Assembly: GCA_965217585.1 (NCBI GenBank)
Contig: OZ244561.1
Coordinates: 544,001 to 608,000, forward strand
Direction: 5' to 3'
Length of the DNA stretch: 64,000 nt
Source of the DNA: Candidatus Latescibacterota bacterium
GTDB lineage: Bacteria; Latescibacterota; UBA2968; UBA8231
Below are positions 60,490-64,000 of this stretch, piece after piece; the stretch's first letter is position 1, and each line of letters begins with the position of its first letter. The notes beneath the pieces are model-generated. The model searched no databases and was not told the DNA's origin. It worked only from the letters and a program-made list of their open reading frames with translations. The translations under genes were made by a program, and so were the position numbers.

Positions 60490-61521
60490 TCAGCTACTGA
60501 ACCCAACTTCGCGCTCCCCTCTGTCGGCCGCCTCCTGAATGCGCAGGACGTTACGCGTCGAGCGCAGTACCGCAGCGGTGTCGAGGCCGTTGGCGGGCAT
60601 TTTGCCGGCGATGTCGTCGAGGAAGGAGCGCAGGTAGCCGCCCGCTTGAGCCGGGGGTAGTGGCTCGATTCGCACGGTGGCGTCTTCCCTGCCGAGCACT
60701 TGAATGTCCTTGGCCGTAGTCGAAGTCTCGATTACTCCATCCCTGCCCCAAAACGTGGTCCGCCAGTAGTAAGGCATCTTGTAGCCAGCCCTATCGGGTG
60801 CGAAGTACGACACGTCGCCCAAGACCCCGCAGCCGTTGTCCATCTCCAGCATCATCTGCCCCGCATCCTCCAAGTGAAGACCCTCGGGGGCAAAGGCTCT
60901 CCAGCAGCGGGCGGCGTTGATTTTCGCCCACTGGCGGCCAGTGACCCAAGGCAAAGCGTCGATGACGTGGATGCCAATATCGGTGATGGTGCCGCCGTGC
61001 TTGCCCTGTTCAAAGTACCAGCCGGGCCGCGAACCCAAGAGCAGCGGGTGTTGGCCACCAAAGGCGACGGCGTGGACCTCGCCGATGCGGCCGGCTTGGA
61101 TCAGGTTGCGCGCACCGATAACCGGGGCGGCATCGCGCATAGTCAACATGCAGCCGACCTTGAGGTTTTTCTCGCGCGCCAGCGCCTCAATGCGGTCGAG
61201 GTCGGCCATCTTAGTACACAGGGGTTTGTCGCTGATGACGTGTTTGCCGCGTGTGAGGGCTTCGATTAGCACCGGGCCGCGACCGGCGAAATAAGTGCCG
61301 GTCGCGACGATATCGCAGTCCACCTCGTCGAGCATCTGCTCGATCCGGTCGTGGGTGATCTCGGCGCGGCCCTTTGCGTGGATTTCGGCGCACGTCTCGG
61401 CGTGCTCCTCGCAGGCAGCTACCACTTCGAGCGCAGCCGAAGCGCGGGCCAGTGAGTAGAGGTCGAAGATGTGGCCGTGCCGGAAGCCGGCGAAGGCGAT
61501 CTTGTGAGGAGCTTCACCCAT
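60490..61521 (-). CDS. Gfo/Idh/MocA oxidoreductase
   Basis: GKHVISDKP, GG...DIGIH.ID. Confidence 0.88.
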   Translation of the reverse strand: MGEAPHKIAFAGFRHGHIFDLYSLARASAALEVVAACEEHAETCAEIHAKGRAEITHDRIEQMLDEVDCDIVATGTYFAGRGPVLIEALTRGKHVISDKPLCTKMADLDRIEALAREKNLKVGCMLTMRDAAPVIGARNLIQAGRIGEVHAVAFGGQHPLLLGSRPGWYFEQGKHGGTITDIGIHVIDALPWVTGRQWAKINAARCWRAFAPEGLHLEDAGQMMLEMDNGCGVLGDVSYFAPDRAGYKMPYYWRTTFWGRDGVIETSTTAKDIQVLGREDATVRIEPLPPAQAGGYLRSFLDDIAGKMPANGLDTAAVLRSTRNVLRIQEAADRGEREVGFSS

Positions 61522-61533
61522 CCCTACCTCTGA

Positions 61534-62262
61534 TCACGATTCCTCTTCCTCGTCGCCGTATGAGTGCCCGCCGAAGATGGCCCGCAGTTCGGCAGCGGAT
61601 GTGGCTTGGCGCATCTGGGCCATGCGCTCGGCCTCGTGTTTTTGCAGGGCGCGGACGTTTTCCAGCACGTCGCTGAGCTTGTCGGCGGGGAATTTTACCG
61701 CGCCGTTTTCATCCATGTGGACGATCTCGCCTGGAGCCACATCCATACCGGCGACCGAGACGGGGACATTGACCGCGTGGACCGCCATGGCACCGTGACC
61801 GGCGGTGACGCCGCTGAGCAAGTACTGGAATTTCATCGGGCGAATCTCGTCGATGTCGCGCGAGGGGCCATTGGAAATCGCGCCGACGCAGCCGACAGCC
61901 TGCATGGCAGTGGTCATATTGCCGCCAGCCAAGCCGATCTTGCCCTCGATTTCGGGCGGAAACTTCTGCTGGAAGACGAAGATCGTCGGCTTAGGCGAGG
62001 CGTCGAGGGCGTCGAGAACGTCCATGAAGCCAACGCCGTTGTAATTGGGGTCAGGCAGGCCATAGGTGCAGGTGACCGCGTAGCCGACGGTAGGGCCGAG
62101 CTCGGGATACATGCAGCGCAGCGACTGGTCGGTGTACCAGTTTTCACTCCAGGGATTGTATAGCCCCAAGCACAAGGGATCGCCTGGATAGGTAGCGACG
62201 ACATTGGTGATCGAGGGCGTATCAAAGTTTCTCAGCTCGGCGAGCATTTCTTGTTCGGTCAT
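61534..62262 (-). CDS. RraA/HMG-aldolase-like protein
   Basis: DTPSITN, VGYAVT, GGNM, GPSRD, V.PGEIVHMDENG. Confidence 0.85.
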   Translation of the reverse strand: MTEQEMLAELRNFDTPSITNVVATYPGDPLCLGLYNPWSENWYTDQSLRCMYPELGPTVGYAVTCTYGLPDPNYNGVGFMDVLDALDASPKPTIFVFQQKFPPEIEGKIGLAGGNMTTAMQAVGCVGAISNGPSRDIDEIRPMKFQYLLSGVTAGHGAMAVHAVNVPVSVAGMDVAPGEIVHMDENGAVKFPADKLSDVLENVRALQKHEAERMAQMRQATSAAELRAIFGGHSYGDEEEES

Positions 62263-62292
62263 AGGAAACTCCTGATTAGGTAATGGGAAAGG

Positions 62293-62697
62293 TCAACCCG
62301 CGTCCATCGCGTTTTTCTTTTGCGCACGATAAAATAGATTCGCAGAGATAATGAGCATCGCAAGTATGATCGCAACTTTGCCGCCTAGTAAGTTCTCAAC
62401 GGACAAGGACGGCAAGGTCGCTATAATTCCGATGAGTAACGCCGCGCCGTACAGCACAAGAACATGCCACAACTTAAAATGCCAACGGCTCATGTCACTC
62501 GTTCCTTGCGTCGTCGCTTTCTTCCTTCGCGCTTGGTAAAACATATTAGCAGATACGAGGAGCATAACGAGTATGTTCAATGCGCGTGAGTCCGCCAGGG
62601 ATGCAGACATCCATATCCATACTGTCACAGCACCGATGGTTAATGCCGCGCCGTACAGCACAAGAACATGCCACAACTTAAAATGCCAACGGTTCAT
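62293..62697 (-). CDS. Small internally duplicated membrane protein (2 x 2 TM)
   Basis: Two ~68-codon units starting M(N/S)RWHFKLWHVLVLYGAAL; AT-rich. Confidence 0.65.
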   Translation of the reverse strand: MNRWHFKLWHVLVLYGAALTIGAVTVWIWMSASLADSRALNILVMLLVSANMFYQARRKKATTQGTSDMSRWHFKLWHVLVLYGAALLIGIIATLPSLSVENLLGGKVAIILAMLIISANLFYRAQKKNAMDAG

Positions 62698-62763
62698 GTC
62701 ACTCGCTCCTTATTCGCAGTGGTTCCAATGTGCGCGTCGCACTTAAAATTCCAACGGTTCTCG

Positions 62764-63576
62764 TCAATGCTGGTCGCGGCGCGGCAGGATCGGCTGATTC
62801 TTCAGCTCGCGGATTAGCTCTACAAGCCCCTCAGTTGCCGCTGCTAAAAATTTCTCGCCCTTTTCCTTGGTGGCTTTGGTCGCGTCGCCCATCACCCCGC
62901 TGGCCGTCTGCTGACTCCAGTAGGGTATCAGCCGCGCGCCCGATCCCTCGGGATGCGTGCCAGCCAACAGGTCGGTGCGAAAGCTGGACGACAAGGGCGA
63001 GCGCTCGTCAACGGCCTTGTCCATTTCGACGAGTTCCGGCTTGAGCGCGAGATAGAGCGAGGTCTCGTATTCTCCAGCGTGCGAGGTGCCGCCGTAGTCC
63101 GAGTCGCGCAGTTCGTTGCCCACGGTCTTGGCGCGGCGTATATCCCAGTGATTGACCGAGGCGCAGAGGATCTGGCCCTCGTATTCGAGGACGGTGAGAC
63201 GGGCCGCTAGGTCGAGCGGCGAGGTGTTGGAGCCGTGGCCATTGACGATGAGGATGCGCTCAAAGCCGTGGTGGGCCAAGCTGCAACACACGTCCTTGAC
63301 GTAGCGGATAAAGGTGTCCCACGTAATGGTCAGGGTGCCGTGGAAATCCATGTGGTGCGGGCTGTAGCCGTGGGTGACGGGCGGAGCGAGCACCGCTTCT
63401 TCTGGGATGCGGGCGACGGCGCGCTCGCAGATGCCGTGGCACAGCACCACGTCCGTATCCACCGGCAGATGCGGGCCGTGGTCTTCGTGGGTAGCGACGG
63501 GCAGCACGGCGACGCGGCCCGCGGCGGCGGCGTCCCGAGTCTCGTTCCAAATCATTTCGGCATAGCGGTATTTCAC
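62764..63576 (-). CDS. Creatininase-family amidohydrolase
   Basis: EDHGPHLP.DTD, NGHGSN, HAGEYETS, GVMGD. Confidence 0.9.
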   Translation of the reverse strand: MKYRYAEMIWNETRDAAAAGRVAVLPVATHEDHGPHLPVDTDVVLCHGICERAVARIPEEAVLAPPVTHGYSPHHMDFHGTLTITWDTFIRYVKDVCCSLAHHGFERILIVNGHGSNTSPLDLAARLTVLEYEGQILCASVNHWDIRRAKTVGNELRDSDYGGTSHAGEYETSLYLALKPELVEMDKAVDERSPLSSSFRTDLLAGTHPEGSGARLIPYWSQQTASGVMGDATKATKEKGEKFLAAATEGLVELIRELKNQPILPRRDQH

Positions 63577-63740
63577 GGGTTTCGCTCCTCACGGCAGTAG
63601 GGTTAGATATGGAGACGCGGAAAGAGGTACGCAATTCGCGCAGCAGGAGCAAGTTGCCATTCCTCGACAGTTTTCAGCATCCCTTCTATATTTTGGAAGG
63701 GGGAACTCTACTCGCAACTTAACTAAAGGAACAGCAATAC

Positions 63741-64000
63741 ATGGGTCGCAAGATACGCCTCGGAGTGCTCTGCGGTGGGCGCTCGGCCGAGCATGAAGTC
63801 TCGGTGATTTCGGCGCGCTCGATGTTGGAAGCCATCGACAAGGACAAGTACGAGCTGGTGATGATCGGCATCTCCAAGGAAGGGCTCTGGCTGTCCGCAA
63901 CGGACACGCAGCAGCTTCTGGCGTCTAGTCAGGTCCACGAGGATGGGCTAACGCCGGTAGCGCTGGACTATCTGGGGACGCGCACGCTCGTGGCGCAGCA
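63741..64000 (+). CDS. ddl: D-alanine-D-alanine ligase, 3' end outside window
   Basis: Manual translation MGRKIRLGVLCGGRSAEHEVSVISARSMLEAIDKDKYE; AAGGA RBS; upstream TCGACA-17-TATATT. Confidence 0.9.
   Translation, partial: MGRKIRLGVLCGGRSAEHEVSVISARSMLEAIDKDKYELVMIGISKEGLWLSATDTQQLLASSQVHEDGLTPVALDYLGTRTLVAQ

Noticed and set aside
62764-63576. Creatininase as mycofactocin MftE
   Set aside because: No mftABC, radical SAM enzyme or precursor peptide nearby.

Overview
High-GC (about 60-65% by eye) bacterial chromosome window. The gene content (PorU/PorV, CTD-bearing proteins, PhyH-HEAT fusion, several enolase-superfamily and Gfo/Idh/MocA enzymes, type-2 IleRS) suggests an FCB-superphylum lineage such as Latescibacterota or Gemmatimonadota relatives; this is inference only. 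Most of it is housekeeping: cyoE, ligA, argRBDH, tilS-ftsH-folP-cdaA, lexA, era-purD-folB-folK-panC, rpmB, secDF, yggS-yggT-ileS-dksA-lspA-rluD, ddl. The main candidate for an undescribed system is a 16-kb minus-strand type IX secretion (T9SS)-like surface-protein locus at 22.7-38.9 kb. Its PorU appears to have Ser (AGT) at the catalytic Cys position, its M6-like cargo has a broken zinc motif, and it encodes a zincin/beta-propeller/Omp85-like barrel fusion. The two barrel genes share a duplicated ~120-bp leader plus signal peptide that may be structured. A decayed restriction-modification island interrupts the locus and contains an endonuclease remnant the ORF track missed. Other items: tandem uncharacterised enolase-superfamily genes coupled to argH, a hybrid-looking LexA box, a 33-bp-repeat membrane coiled-coil/KAP NTPase/VapBC islet, and a small internally duplicated membrane gene. 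No rRNA, tRNA, CRISPR array, transposase or integrase was recognised. All calls come from motif reading by eye; no database searches were run.
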